Positions 50,916-63,233 of a stretch of 64,000 bases of DNA are shown here, in pieces. Every line of letters starts with the position of its first letter. Within the stretch, counting starts at the first letter, position 1. The notes below the pieces were generated by a model that searched no databases, was not told the DNA's origin, and saw only the letters and a program-made list of their open reading frames with translations. A program made the translations under genes and the position numbers. Origin of the DNA: Rhynchobatus australiae (Eukaryota); assembly GCA_034780895.1 (NCBI GenBank), contig JAUZTB010000076.1, positions 43,657,922-43,721,921 on the forward strand, written 5' to 3'.

Positions 50916-51488
50916 CTGCAGTAGTTCTCCATGACGGACCTATACCTGGAATCCACAAGAGGAGCATGACCCTGGGCTCCAGCACTCTGATAACATCCCG
51001 GCCTCTCAAATGAATCTTGGCTTGAATCCTCCTCCTCTGTCACCCAACCTTTAGGCCTTGCCATTCTCCCCATCTTCAATCTGCTGTCCTACCCTTGCTC
51101 AGCACCCAGTGGCCAACTGCACCCTCCCCAATTCTACACGCCAGATGACCCTAACTTTTCCCAATCCCCTGAATGGAACTGAATTCACCCTCCACCTCCA
51201 ACCCTCACCCTCCCCATCCATTTCAAAAGCTTCCATCCTGCCACCCCAGCAGTTTGGGCCCATGGTTTACCTGGTTTCCTTTATGTTCTCTGCCATCAGG
51301 GAACAAGCAAAGGAAAGATCCTGGTGATTGCAAGACATATTCCAGTGCAAGGCACTTTAGGCCTCATGCACTGCAGAGTCTTTACAGCGATAGACCATAA
51401 AACAAAGGGTTAAAGTGTCATTAGAAATGTGAATCGAGCATGATTGTTCTATGAAATTGGTTTACTTAGCTGCATCTATGATACTCAC

Positions 51489-51602
51489 TCATAACCCTCA
51501 GATCATACTGAATAGAATCTTCGCCTGCTTCATTCATTGCCACACACGTGTATCTCCCAGCATCCTCAACTTGTGCTCTGGGTATCTGTAGCACGCGTCC
51601 TC
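51489..51602 (-). CDS. HMCN1: HMCN1 exon w8 (114 bp): (G)GRVLQIPRAQVEDAGRYTCVAMNEAGEDSIQYDLRVM
   Basis: cattag acceptor, gtgagt donor; translated manually. Confidence 0.93.
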
Positions 51603-52367
51603 CTAATGGGTAACAAGCACAAATTGATGTTATTGAACACAGAGGCTTTAAGGATATGCTTCTTTTGTCTAATATGAGAACGCCAGTAGGAATTCAATTT
51701 CAGTTATAGGCCACAATATTGGCTCATGTTTTATAAAGACCATAAGATCACCTGTGATGTTGTTCTCAGGTATTCTGCATTCTAAAAGCATGCTCTTCGT
51801 AATTTAGCTGCTAAACCAACTCCCCTTATTTCTCTCTCTATTCACTCTCCTTTGTGGTATTAGGGGAGGAAGTTCAAAAAGGTATTAATATAAACCAGAA
51901 ACTAATTACATTTGAAAGTTTCTCAAGGTTGGCAGGTGTGTAGCTATTCTTTGGGGAAATACAAGATTATCTCATTGCAAGAAGAGATAACTGGGGAAGC
52001 ACATCACTCTTTTTTTGCTTTTCTTTGACCGTGCAGTTGTAATGAGTTGACATTTTATAGAAAGGATGAGAACTTTGCTGCAAGGTATAATCAAACCAAT
52101 ATTCTCAACTTTAGCCAAGCAAGATCTTCCATTTCTGCAGCAACTTTCATGGTCTCCAGATGTCCACCATTGCCTGCAGAACAGGTGATATTTCCTGAGC
52201 ATAAAATGCCAAAATGACAATAATTGTTTTGCTTCACTGAAGTCAATATTAATGGATATTAACAGTAGAACTAAAATTATATTAAGTGAAGACTGCAAGG
52301 TATCAACACAAAATCACACTAAGGGCCTTGGCTTTCAGCTGTTGTGCAATGCCAGCAGGTTTGGAAA

Positions 52368-52482
52368 ACAAATGAAACTGCAGATGCTGGAATCTGAGAT
52401 AAAAGCAAAAGAACTCAGCTAGTCAAGCAGCATCTGTGGAAGGAGCGAAGGAGAGACCAGTTAACGTTTAGGTCTGGGACCC
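52368..52482 (-). mobile_element. Penelope-type terminal module, truncated within the hammerhead
   Basis: ctgcagatgctggaatctg...gcagcatctgtgga...agttaacgtttaggtctgggaccc. Confidence 0.7.
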
Positions 52483-54001
52483 CGCCCAGCATGGTTTTGC
52501 TGCGACATTCATAATGCTGCTCCCACAAAGAAGTGTCCCTCAACAATTCCATGGTGACAGGCTTTACCTCCATTTTAGGCCAACTCCCTGGCCTTTATGG
52601 AGGACTCCACCAGAAAGGGAAATCAAGGTCGGCTGCAGCAGAACCTGGTGGCCTTGTACAGTAAGCCATTGGCAGAGGCCTCTTTTGATCATGTCATTTT
52701 CTGTACTTGCAATATTTTAATACCCTTCTGCCATCCAAGCAATACTGCACGTCTGGCCATTGAGTCCACTGTTGCTGTGGTACAAATAATGTTGATTATA
52801 CAGACTGATATTTCTATAATTTCAGACTATTACAATATATCCATTGGAAGAGGTGGATGATACTTTGTACTCCTGCACAGGAGCTCAAACATGGACCAAG
52901 AGGAAGCCCTGAACATTGTCCTGGTCACACCTGTGGGCTAACACAATACTACTGGACAAGGTGCAAATGGTGGCTTGTGTTCAGGATCAAGTCACATACA
53001 GAGGCTCCCAGCACCTACAGTAAAGGCAGGAGAACCTCAGTATAAAACTGTGTAGCATGGAACAGTGTCTGCAAGGAGTTGGTGGGATTAGGAGGATTAA
53101 AATAGCTTCATTGGGAAACTGTGGTAAAAAATGGAAATAACTTCAGTGACAATACAAAATAGGACATGTGTATGGTGAAGAAGAGACACAAATTGAAATA
53201 AGAAGACTCGGGAGGGGGAGGATAGGACTGCAGGAATATCAATGGCAAAAGAAAAGAATCTGATTAAATTGAGAAAGATTGGGACAATAAGAAATGGGAG
53301 AAGCAGTGAGAATGTAAGAATGTCAGTAAGTTCTGGACCATCCTAAGTAAACAAAAAGGGAAGGAATTGATGTCTAATTCTTTTAAAAAGTCAATCCGAG
53401 AAAAAAACTTTATCAATGGCCTCTAGTTGTCCCTCAGTGCTTCACAACAACACTTGAGAAGTGTAGATGTTGAGAGGGACATGGGTGTTCTTGTAAAATA
53501 ATCATTCATATCAGTTAGTTTGTTTAACAGTTAAAGTGGTCCAGTTTTTTATATTCTTGTTTTGTATACTAATACATTGAAACAGTTATTTATGTTAAGT
53601 TTCTCCCTTGTATAGAGTATTCTTTTCTGTTTAGAAATTTTATGCATATAGAAACTTCTATCCGAAAATGAGTCAGAACTTGATGAAGGCAGGGAACTGT
53701 ATAACATTAGCAAACATTATCAGTGGAGAATAAACTACCCCAGGAAACTCCCTAGTGTACCAAGAGATGCGTTGAAACCTCTGTCAGTGATTGATGTTAA
53801 TAGTGTCATTGAAATGTGCATTTTTAACATTTATTTAATTCAGATTATAGAAGGATCTAATATGTCTACTGTCTCTTTCTATTCTCACTGGTAAATCTGT
53901 TNNNNNNNNNNNNNNNNNNNNNNNNNNNNNNNNNNNNNNNNNNNNNNNNNNNNNNNNNNNNNNNNNNNNNNNNNNNNNNNNNNNNNNNNNNNNNNNNNNN
54001 N

Positions 54002-54055
54002 GAGAGAGAGAGAGAGAGAGAGAGAGAGGTAGAGAGAGAGAGAGAGAGGAAGAGA
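54002..54055. repeat. (GA)n microsatellite
   Basis: Directly visible, adjacent to a gap. Confidence 0.92.
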
Positions 54056-54084
54056 AATTTAAGCAGGCTGCACATATACTTCAT

Positions 54085-54445
54085 AGACTAGAAGGATGGA
54101 GGATGATCTCATCGAAGCATATAAAATTCTTACAGGGATTGACAGGGTCAATGCAAAGATAATGTTTCCCCTGGATGGAGTGTCTAGAACTGTAAATAAG
54201 GGGTCAGTTAATCCAAATGAGATGCAAATAAATTTCTTTATCCAGAGGGTAATGAATATTCAGAACTCTTGAGCCCAGGGAGCTGTGTAAGCTGTCACTG
54301 AGTTTGTCAAAACAGAGTTTGATAGATTTTATTTGACAGTAGGGAAATCAAAGTATATGGGGTTAGTGCAGGAAAGTAATGCTAATTAAAAGATCAGCAT
54401 TATCTTATTGAATGGGAGCAGGTACAAGGAGCTAGTACCTTCTCT
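54085..54445 (+). mobile_element. CR1 LINE 3' fragment
   Basis: gatctcatcgaagcatataaaattctt (DLIEAYKIL); gatcagcattatcttattgaatgg tail. Confidence 0.82.
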
Positions 54446-55934
54446 CGTCACTATTGTAATACAAATAAGTATAGGCCTCATAAACAGAAATTAAACAAAT
54501 GATCAAATGATGTGATAGTGATTTCAGTTATAAGATATATATCTGCTCGAAAACTGAGTGAATAGACCTACGAAATCTATAAGGGGAAATTTTTAGTTGA
54601 TGCGAAAGGTCAGTTCCTCTTAAAGAACAGAAGAATGTCCAAGTGTCTAGGATGATTAAAAAAAGGAGAGGACCATTAAAAGAGGAAAGTATCAGAAAAT
54701 TGCTAAACAGAAATGTCACTGATACGGAACGTCTGAAATGCTGAAATGCACAGTCAGTCAGATGAGACGATGATCTGGCCAAAAGGCAAACCGCATGAAG
54801 GTCTAGGCCACAACAGAGATGTTTGTTCACTAAAATCTGCTTTCCATCTCGTATCTGGAGGGGACCACCCTGTGTGCAGGAAATACAGCAAACAAAATTG
54901 GAGGAAATGCTTGTAAATTGCAACCTCATACAAGAGAGCTTGTCACTCCAGATAATGAAGTGAGGGGGGATGACTGAATGTTAACACAACTGCTGTGGTT
55001 TCATGGGAAGGTGCAGCAGATGCTTTGGTAGATACAGGAGAACAGAGTGGGAAAAAGTCAGGGACAGTCTCAGCAGAAAATACAGAGGAGGAGAAGTGTG
55101 CTTGGAAGNNNNNNNNNNNNNNNNNNNNNNNACGGCAATTCACATGGGTTATCATAGGCCAATTAACAAGTGCTAGAATCTGTTTAGTAAAAATCACATG
55201 AATTCAAGATTTACCCTTGTGGTGGTAGAATTTGCTTCCTGTAGGCACTATTTCACCTCAGAATGGGCCTGCTTTGCCAGAATAATTCACATGTCAATTT
55301 TGCTAAATGAGAATTCTCCTGCTGTGACTAAGAATCGTCACAATAATAAAAAAAAATCATAAAATTCATAAATGTTTATCTCAACTCTATCATTCTGACT
55401 GAGAAAGTCTGAATGAGCACCATATGTATTCTGGTATCTTCAGAAACCTGTGCAGACCAGGGTAAGTTTTGCATCCTGAGGGATGGTTCATCTGTACCTT
55501 TTAATCAGGAGTTAGGCCGTCAGCTGAAGGCTGGACAGATTGAACACGCAGCATATTGTATTTTGATAACAATGGGGGAATGTTTGCTGCGACTTGAGTC
55601 TGGAGTCCCTTCATGTCAACTTCAACTTGATCCCTCCACCAATCATTTCTTTCCCTCCTTTTTCAAGAAACATTTTTTGGAAGGTTTGCTCCCTTCTTTT
55701 CCAAATTCACCAACCCTACCGTCAATTAACTTCTCCGCATCTTTGAATGCAGCCACAGAGTAAAGCAAAAGTTATATTCCCAGATATCAGCAAAACAATT
55801 GCAACATGGGTGCTTTGTCATTAAATAATTCATGGTACAAGTATTAACCTGCAGAGTGGTTTAATTGCAGCTATCATAGACTCCACATAAGGAGGGCATT
55901 TTCCACTCCCTTAGTCTGTGACAATGATACATAC

Positions 55935-56141
55935 CTGGCAGTATCAGTACATTGCCATTAGATGTCAATGGTTTTCCATCTTTGTACCAAGTGAGAGATG
56001 GTGGTGGGACAGCATTGGTCTCACAGTACAAAGAGATGGGGTTGTTAATGACTACATCCTTGAATACAACTGTCCTGCTCCCTTCCAGTGCATTCCCATT
56101 CATATCATGGCTATTTTCTGGCTTCACAAAACTTGGTGGAA
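55935..56141 (-). CDS. HMCN1: HMCN1 exon w7 (207 bp): (V)PPSFVKPENSHDMNGNALEGSRTVVFKDVVINNPISLYCETNAVPPPSLTWYKDGKPLTSNGNVLILP(G)
   Basis: atttag acceptor, gtatgt donor. Confidence 0.94.
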
Positions 56142-56369
56142 CTAAATCAAAGATTAAAAAAATGGTTATATTAAAAAAGTATTTCTTTACAAATCTTTAT
56201 GTAAAGAAAAGTTACTTCTATATGATAAAAGGATAAAAACAATTACAGAACAGATATCTGAAAGAAGTAAATGATAAATTTTAGCATAGATGAGAATGAC
56301 AGAAATTTACTTAAAAAGATCATTGCAGCACAAAGCACAATTGGGAATAAGCAAATAATGAAATCTAAC

Positions 56370-56502
56370 CTTGAACATTTACATCATAGTCTTTCTCGTC
56401 CTCTCCAGCAATATTGACAGCCACACAAGTATACCGTCCTGTGTCTGAAATCTGGGTCTTCTTGATTTGAATAATCCGGCCATTTGCTGTGATGGTGATG
56501 TG
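56370..56502 (-). CDS. HMCN1: HMCN1 exon w6 (acceptor probably in N-gap): HITITANGRIIQIKKTQISDTGRYTCVAVNIAGEDEKDYDVNVQ
   Basis: gttag donor; DTGRYTC motif; this frame is absent from the ORF track; 5' end in gap 56503-56628. Confidence 0.9.
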
Positions 56503-58040
56503 NNNNNNNNNNNNNNNNNNNNNNNNNNNNNNNNNNNNNNNNNNNNNNNNNNNNNNNNNNNNNNNNNNNNNNNNNNNNNNNNNNNNNNNNNNNNNNNNNN
56601 NNNNNNNNNNNNNNNNNNNNNNNNNNNNTCTAGCTGAAATCTGAATACATAAATGGAATGATTGGATGGAAATCGATGCAACTGACTGTGTCTTAATAAA
56701 AGAATTTCATTTTTCCTCTCTCCTTTTAAGGCACCCACTCCATCAAATTTGCTCAAATGGCAGTCTTAGAATATATGACTGATATGTGCATTAGAGCCAT
56801 GCCTGAATCTCTTCTAACTTGGCTGTAACATAAGTAAATACACAGTACTCTACCATATTGCTCAACCCCAACTGTCTTTGAGAAGGTGCAGGTGAACTGC
56901 AGTCCTTGCTCTAAACTTACTCAGAGCGATCTTGCAATAGTGGCAAAGCAATAGTGATGTATTTCCAATTCAGGATCGTATGTAATCTGAAGGAAACCAG
57001 TGCTTCAAAAAGGCAGCTCCCTCCATCTTCTCAAGGGCAATTAGGAAAGGGGAATAGAAGTAGGCCTTGCAGATAAACCTCACATATTTGTATCTATTGA
57101 TCACAGATGAGGAGAGATTGTGGCAAGGCTTTTATGAACTTTACCTCATAAATAGTCTAGGATCGGGATTGCTATTTGAGCAAGAGCTGGGTGGTGATGT
57201 TCTCCTGTGTCAGCTGTTCTTGTCCTACTTGGTGGTTGAGGTTGTACAGAAAGCAGTGAGTTGCTGAGGAACAGTTTGTAGACAGGATGCACTGAAGGCA
57301 CAGAGAGCCGGTGGTAGGGGGAGTGGATGTGTAAGGGGTAAATGGGAATTCTGTTCGATGTCTTCATGCACTACTTTAATAAATAATCTACATAACTGTT
57401 AGTTGATTCATTGAGAACAACAGAACATTATGTGTTGGTAACTTCACATATAATTTTCAAATGATCACTTATTAATATTTAACTGGGGATGACTTTGTCT
57501 TCAACTTCAAAATGACTCTGATGTTTATATCACTATTCACCCCCTCACGTCTATGCTGGCTCTTTGCTGGATGAATCGAAAATTATTCTGGTTGCTTCAC
57601 TCAATTCACAAGCCCGTGTCTTCCTCCACTTCCAATATCCATCAAATTCCCCTTCACTTATTTATATTTTTATCATGTGCTTGGTTGGGAATCCATCTGC
57701 AAACTTTACCCCCAGAACTAGGATTCCAGCAGAGGTGGGAGGATGGGCAGAAGCCTAGTATGATATCATCGATGAACTTCAGTGTTCATTTATTCTATTC
57801 ATTCNNNNNNNNNNGGACTCAGATCCATTCAAAGTTATTTAAGAAAGGGAGGAGAATACATTTATTTGGTCTGTCAGATTTCATGAAACTATAAATCTGC
57901 TACTGTTCATTGTGACACTTGAATGGTTAACATGATTGTGCTATGGACAATGCAAACTGCAGTGGAAACATATTTTCTCATAACACAAATACATCATTTT
58001 GAATGCTCATTCAATATTATATATGAAAGGCTAAACACAC

Positions 58041-58182
58041 CTGTCCATCTTTGTACCAGTGAAGTGTGGCTGCTGGAATTGCATAAGATTCACACTCGAG
58101 AGTCAGGGTGGTGTTTACTTTTATTTTAACTTCTTTGGGTGACAGACCAAAATCTGGAATATCATCTTTGTTGATAGTAGGA
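58041..58182 (-). CDS. HMCN1: HMCN1 exon w5 (acceptor in N-gap): [47 protein letters not shown]
   Basis: gtgtgt donor, phase 0; first few bases lost in gap 58183-58344. Confidence 0.92.
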
Positions 58183-58351
58183 NNNNNNNNNNNNNNNNNN
58201 NNNNNNNNNNNNNNNNNNNNNNNNNNNNNNNNNNNNNNNNNNNNNNNNNNNNNNNNNNNNNNNNNNNNNNNNNNNNNNNNNNNNNNNNNNNNNNNNNNNN
58301 NNNNNNNNNNNNNNNNNNNNNNNNNNNNNNNNNNNNNNNNNNNNCACTTAC

Positions 58352-58465
58352 TGTAGACCTTTACTTCATAATTTTTTAGTGTTTCTCCTGCTTCATTAGT
58401 AGCAATACAGGTATATCTTCCAGCATCCTTTTCCTGAGCGTTGAGAATCTGAAGAGTTCGCCCCC
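58352..58465 (-). CDS. HMCN1: HMCN1 exon w4 (114 bp): (G)[37 protein letters not shown]
   Basis: tgtcag acceptor, gtaagt donor. Confidence 0.94.
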
Positions 58466-60001
58466 CTGACATTAGGAAGAGAAAGTGTAGGATTACCTGA
58501 ATATATTGTTATCAATGAAAGTCATGACATGAGTTCTGCAGAGACTCAGTATGAAGCAACCACAACATCACAGGACAGGAACTCCTATCCTCCAGATTTG
58601 AAATCTAAGAGAATGCTGACTTACAATTAGATATGATAATGGATTTATTATTTTTTTCTTTGATGTATAACACATGGAATTTACTGATCTCATTCCATAC
58701 CTCCTATTACCAAATCAATTATATTAATTAATATATTTTAACTAGGAATAATAACTTTTTGTCTCAATATTACCATAATTAGATATATTACAACATATAA
58801 CTTTTATTCATTAATATCCACACAATTAAGTGAATAAGATGCAAAAAAAGCTGCTTAGATGTACTTCAGAATTGTTAATGCTTTCACTCAGGTGCTCCAG
58901 CTCGGAGCCCGCACTTACCAACTCCACTGATCACCTGAATCCAATCAATAAAGAGACATCTGGCATACTCATTACCATTTAATTCATTTCAAGTGNNNNN
59001 NNNAGACATATCCTGAAAGGGATGCCAAGGGCATGGTTTAGCTGTATGATCAAGTGAAATATTCAGACTGGTTCAGGGCTCAGACCTCACAGATGATGCA
59101 CACACTGCAGAATGGCAGGTTGCCCTCAAGAAGCCATCCACTAGCACTGGGACAGATTGAATTTGATCTGGCCCGCTCCTCAAACCCATCGCCAACACCT
59201 TCACTCTATTCGCATAACAGCACTAATGTTCTACAGCCCCACAAGTTAAACTGTTTCCATGTCTCACTGCCATGGATGTCCTGGGAAGCAGAGTTTGTAG
59301 AGCACAAGGCCTTTTTTTGAAACTGTTTCCAAATGCCTTTGATAATCAGAGACAAATAAAACTAGTTGGAAGAGTTTTATTTTTTTTTTAATTATAGAAG
59401 TTATTTAAAAACATTAGAATTGAATAAACTAAAACTCAATCCAGGCTGACACCCATTCAAATGAGTGGGACCATGCTGCATACGTCAGTCACCCCCAGAC
59501 TCAGTGTTGGGTTTAGCAATAGAGTGGGAAGTCACATGTACTGGCATTGGACCTACAGCGAGTTCCTGACTTCCACATCGCAATGTGCTGATTTGCACAC
59601 TACAGTCAGTTGGCAGTTCCCTATGGATTTACCAGCTGGCTGTCATCATGATCTGGAATATTCGTCATTCACTCCAATCTTTAAGAGGCAGAGAAGCCCA
59701 TGGAACCAGTTGAGTGTCAGTCCAGCTCAAGCACTCAGGCCAGAAAGGAAGCTTAAACCAATATTTTGAGGGCCACCACCTGAAGCAAAGTGACATTGAT
59801 TAAAGAAGCTTTAATTGAGTATTCCATATGAGAGTCAGAAAATATTAAATAGCTGCTTATAGTTACCTACTGAAAAAACTGCAAGTGGTATTTAGCTCTT
59901 TGAGGGGGGAGGGGTGCGGTTATTCCGACCCATCTAAGTTTCATGCTTTCATAATGCCTGAGATATAATTAAAAACTTGGTTCTAATGTTCTTTTATTTA
60001 C

Positions 60002-60175
60002 CTGGAAGAATCTGGACATTTTTGTTGGATTCGAAAGGGGCTCCATCTTTAAGCCAGGTGATAATTGCAGGTGGGTACGACTGTGCCTCGCACACAAGGG
60101 AGGTGGGACTATTCAGAATAACGGTGACATCCTCTGGAGTGCCTTGACTGTCAACACCAGAAATTTTTGGAGACA
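60002..60175 (-). CDS. HMCN1: HMCN1 exon w3 (174 bp): (V)SPKISGVDSQGTPEDVTVILNSPTSLVCEAQSYPPAIITWLKDGAPFESNKNVQILP(G)
   Basis: atttag acceptor, gtaaa donor; matches ORF 59994..60176. Confidence 0.94.
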
Positions 60176-60222
60176 CTAAATGGTGAACAAGGAAAGTGAA
60201 AACAAGTTATAAAACTGATTCT

Positions 60223-60325
60223 AGTTCTGATGAAGGGACCCAGGACCAAAACATTGACTGTTTCTCTCTCCACAGATGCTGTCAGACCTGCTGAATTTTT
60301 TCAGCATTTTCTGGTTTTCATTCAA
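60223..60325 (+). mobile_element. Penelope-type terminal module with hammerhead-like core
   Basis: agtt-ctgatga-a-gggacccaggacc-aaaa-ca-tt-gact then tttctctctccacagatgctgtcagacctgctg. Confidence 0.75.
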
Positions 60326-61836
60326 GCTCTAGTTTCAGTAGAACTAAAAATAAATATTGAATACATTTTGCAGCAAAAAATTATTACAGGATGCCAACAA
60401 ACTGGATCCTGAACAATGATTCCTGAAACATTTCTCATCAGACGTTGCGTGTATCTTTAATCAAACATTTTAACTTGCCACACTAACTCATTATTTCAGA
60501 GTATTGCTTAAGGACATGAAGAGTACTGAAGTCACAGGAGCACTGAAGTCAAAGGAGCACTAGATGCTTGTAAATGTTTGAGAGCACATGCAGGGTGGCA
60601 AGGTATTTGTGGGCCAATGCAGGTAAGCTGGATGGTCTTTGTGAAAATTTAGCTCAATCCAGTGAAAGAACATCCCAGCTGCCCTACCTGGTCAACAGAT
60701 CATTATGTTGAGCAGGCCTTTTTGCATTGCAATAAGCTTTGGACAGTTAAAAAAAAAACAAGCTTCTTGCTTCTTAGGTTCCTCCCAGCTGCACAGCACA
60801 GACATGAGAAAACCTCAAGTCACTGTGCCAGGGTTGCCAAAACTGGTTGGATACATTACTGGATATTTGGTCAGACAACACCTGCCCTGGAGCAAAATGT
60901 TGCAGATGCTATCGTGTAGCCGAGTAACTGTGCTTGAATGCTAGCAACCATTGCACAAGAACCTCAATTTGTTGGCAGTGAAGAACAAAATCAGGGGCAG
61001 GTAACACTTCAGTTTTCATTGTGTCCCTATTTCTTCATCTTCAGTCTCCATCCTCTCTTGCTGGACCTTCAACCCTCACTGCAAAGCTCATGCTCACACC
61101 CTATCTCCTTGCTTGCCCAAAGTCCCAGCCCTATTTCCCAAAGTCCCATCCATCAGTCTTCCTTCCCCCCCCCCCCAAGTTCTCAACTCTCCACCTCTCA
61201 TTTCCAGAGCCCTATCTTCCTGTCCATGTCTTCACCCTCCCACATCTTTCCCATCATCATCCTTTCCTATTGCAGCAGGGAGGAGGGGGTGGGTCCCTGG
61301 AGACAACATCTGGAACCTTCCCTGGGTAGCAGCCAGCATTGTGATGCTCGGATCTCCTGGGCTCCAAGCAGCAGAGCTGAGAAACACATTCTAGATTCTG
61401 GGAGATTTGACAACACTAATCTAGGCCCAATAGAACAAGATCATAATAGCCAATGGTTTTTGGTGTTACTTGTAGGGCAACACTTAGTTCAAAGTAAAAT
61501 TTCATCACCCTAATTCCATAAAAACTGTACTCTCTTGATCTGACAGATTCACACCTGAATGGTGTACAGAGCTAATGCCTAATCCCTCCTTTGCTCTTTA
61601 GAAATGAACAACTCAAGATTTACCAACATTTTCTGGCACATATCTAAAACCGATGAGCTTGAGTTACATCAAAGTTGCTTAAGTCCCAGTGTCAAATGGC
61701 TGGTAACAACAAGGCACTCTCTTGATTAAAAACCTTCACTCTGAGAAGTTCAAATATGTAGATATCTACTAATCTGGAAATGTTTTATCCAGCCTAGTGT
61801 GTTTAAGATGTGAGGAACAGTGTTAAGTACACCAAC

Positions 61837-62028
61837 CTAGCACATTTAGGTTGAAGTTCTTGTTCTTGTCTCCTGCTGTGTTAGAGGCTATGCAAGTGTA
61901 TCGACCGGTGTCAGACACACGTACATTCCCAATCTGCAGAAAGCGCCCACTGGATAGGATCTGATGCTGCTGGTCTTCAGTCAAAAGTTCCCCATCTTTC
62001 AGCCATCTTATTTGTGGAACTGGAGTAC
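61837..62028 (-). CDS. HMCN1: HMCN1 exon w2 (192 bp): (G)TPVPQIRWLKDGELLTEDQQHQILSSGRFLQIGNVRVSDTGRYTCIASNTAGDKNKNFNLNVL
   Basis: gaaaag acceptor, gttggt donor; W.KDG and DTGRYTC motifs. Confidence 0.93.
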
Positions 62029-63233
62029 CTTTTCACAAGAAAAAGCTCCATAAGTGAATTAGTATTACATGTAATTACTACCTTGAATTCTTTGATCAAA
62101 CAGCAGCAGCACAGCTAAAGATACACATTTACCTAAAAAATATCAGTGTTAATTTAACAATATGGTGGTACTCTTGTGGAAAGTCAGATGGATTAGCTAA
62201 ATGAGAAAAAAAAATCTATTTTTGCCATTAGTAAAAAAGTAATTTATTTACATGTTTCTAACATCAAAATAAGTGAACTAGGAATGTGTATTGGAATATT
62301 GCAAGCACTCATAATTTTTTCTCCTTTATGCAGGGTGCACATGGGAACGTAGTTTCTCTACATGCCTTTTGGCTGCATAACACATACACAATTTAAAAAG
62401 ATGTCCCAAGCATTAAGATTAATGTATTGTGTTTTGAGAATCACTTACACTTAGTAATTCAATGCTATAAGGTTGAATGGAAACAAAATCTGTAAATCTG
62501 TAAGTGAAGAATTATAACCAGCTTGTTCTCAAGTTGAATTTTATTTCATCTAGCTTGCTATTTATGTCACTGCCTGGATATTGTCCATAGGGGCTATTCT
62601 GCTGCCTTCTTTTAAATCGCTGGCTGAAACAAATGATATATTGCAGCCATGAGAATGAAGTTACCTATGAAGCTTGGTACATCAGAGACAAGTCAAAGAA
62701 AGATCATTATCTCATGAATACAGCTTTCTGTTAAACTACTCTGCTGGCCTGCACATATTTATGAAGGAAGAGATGAGTATATTTTTAAATTATTGAAGTA
62801 GATTGGTCTGTGAGAATTTGTGGACACCTTTCACTCTAGATAGTTTCTATCTATCACTTCATGCCTCCTGTCATGTGCTCAGACTGTATGTGATTCAATA
62901 TAGACTCATGCACTGGTTTCACACATAAATGATCATTTTCACCCTCCTTGGTAATCCAGCAGGGTCTGAGGTCTCTCTCTCAGGGCAGAATTTAATCTCT
63001 ACTGATGTCCAACAAACTGTGATGTTGAGTCTGAAAGGTTATGGCATGAATGTTGCAAATAATAGTGTGGACTATGGTTGACGTCAATGATGTAATGCCC
63101 TCAGCACACATTTCTGATGGTTTTAATGTGCTTTCAACCACTCCTTGTAGCCTTTTGTGCTATACCATTCCTCCACTGCAGGAGGAACATGCAGATTACA
63201 TGCAGGTCACCTTAGAATGTTTTGAGTTCTTAC

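Noticed and set aside
56629-56645. Possible acceptor (ttcag) just beyond the gap for exon w6
   Set aside because: At the stated gap length it would add about 40 residues to an Ig domain. The true acceptor is more likely inside the gap and cannot be resolved.
60521-60562. Short 17-bp tandem repeat (gagcactgaagtcaaag-like); similar small duplications at 33207-33253 and 45265-45294
   Set aside because: Only 2-2.5 units with no spacer array. Ordinary slippage duplications, not CRISPR-like, in eukaryotic DNA.
60938-61513. 191-aa Ser/Pro-rich plus-strand ORF (similar case at 32295..32837)
   Set aside because: Low-complexity pyrimidine-rich DNA depleted of stop codons, antisense to HMCN1, with no recognisable domain.
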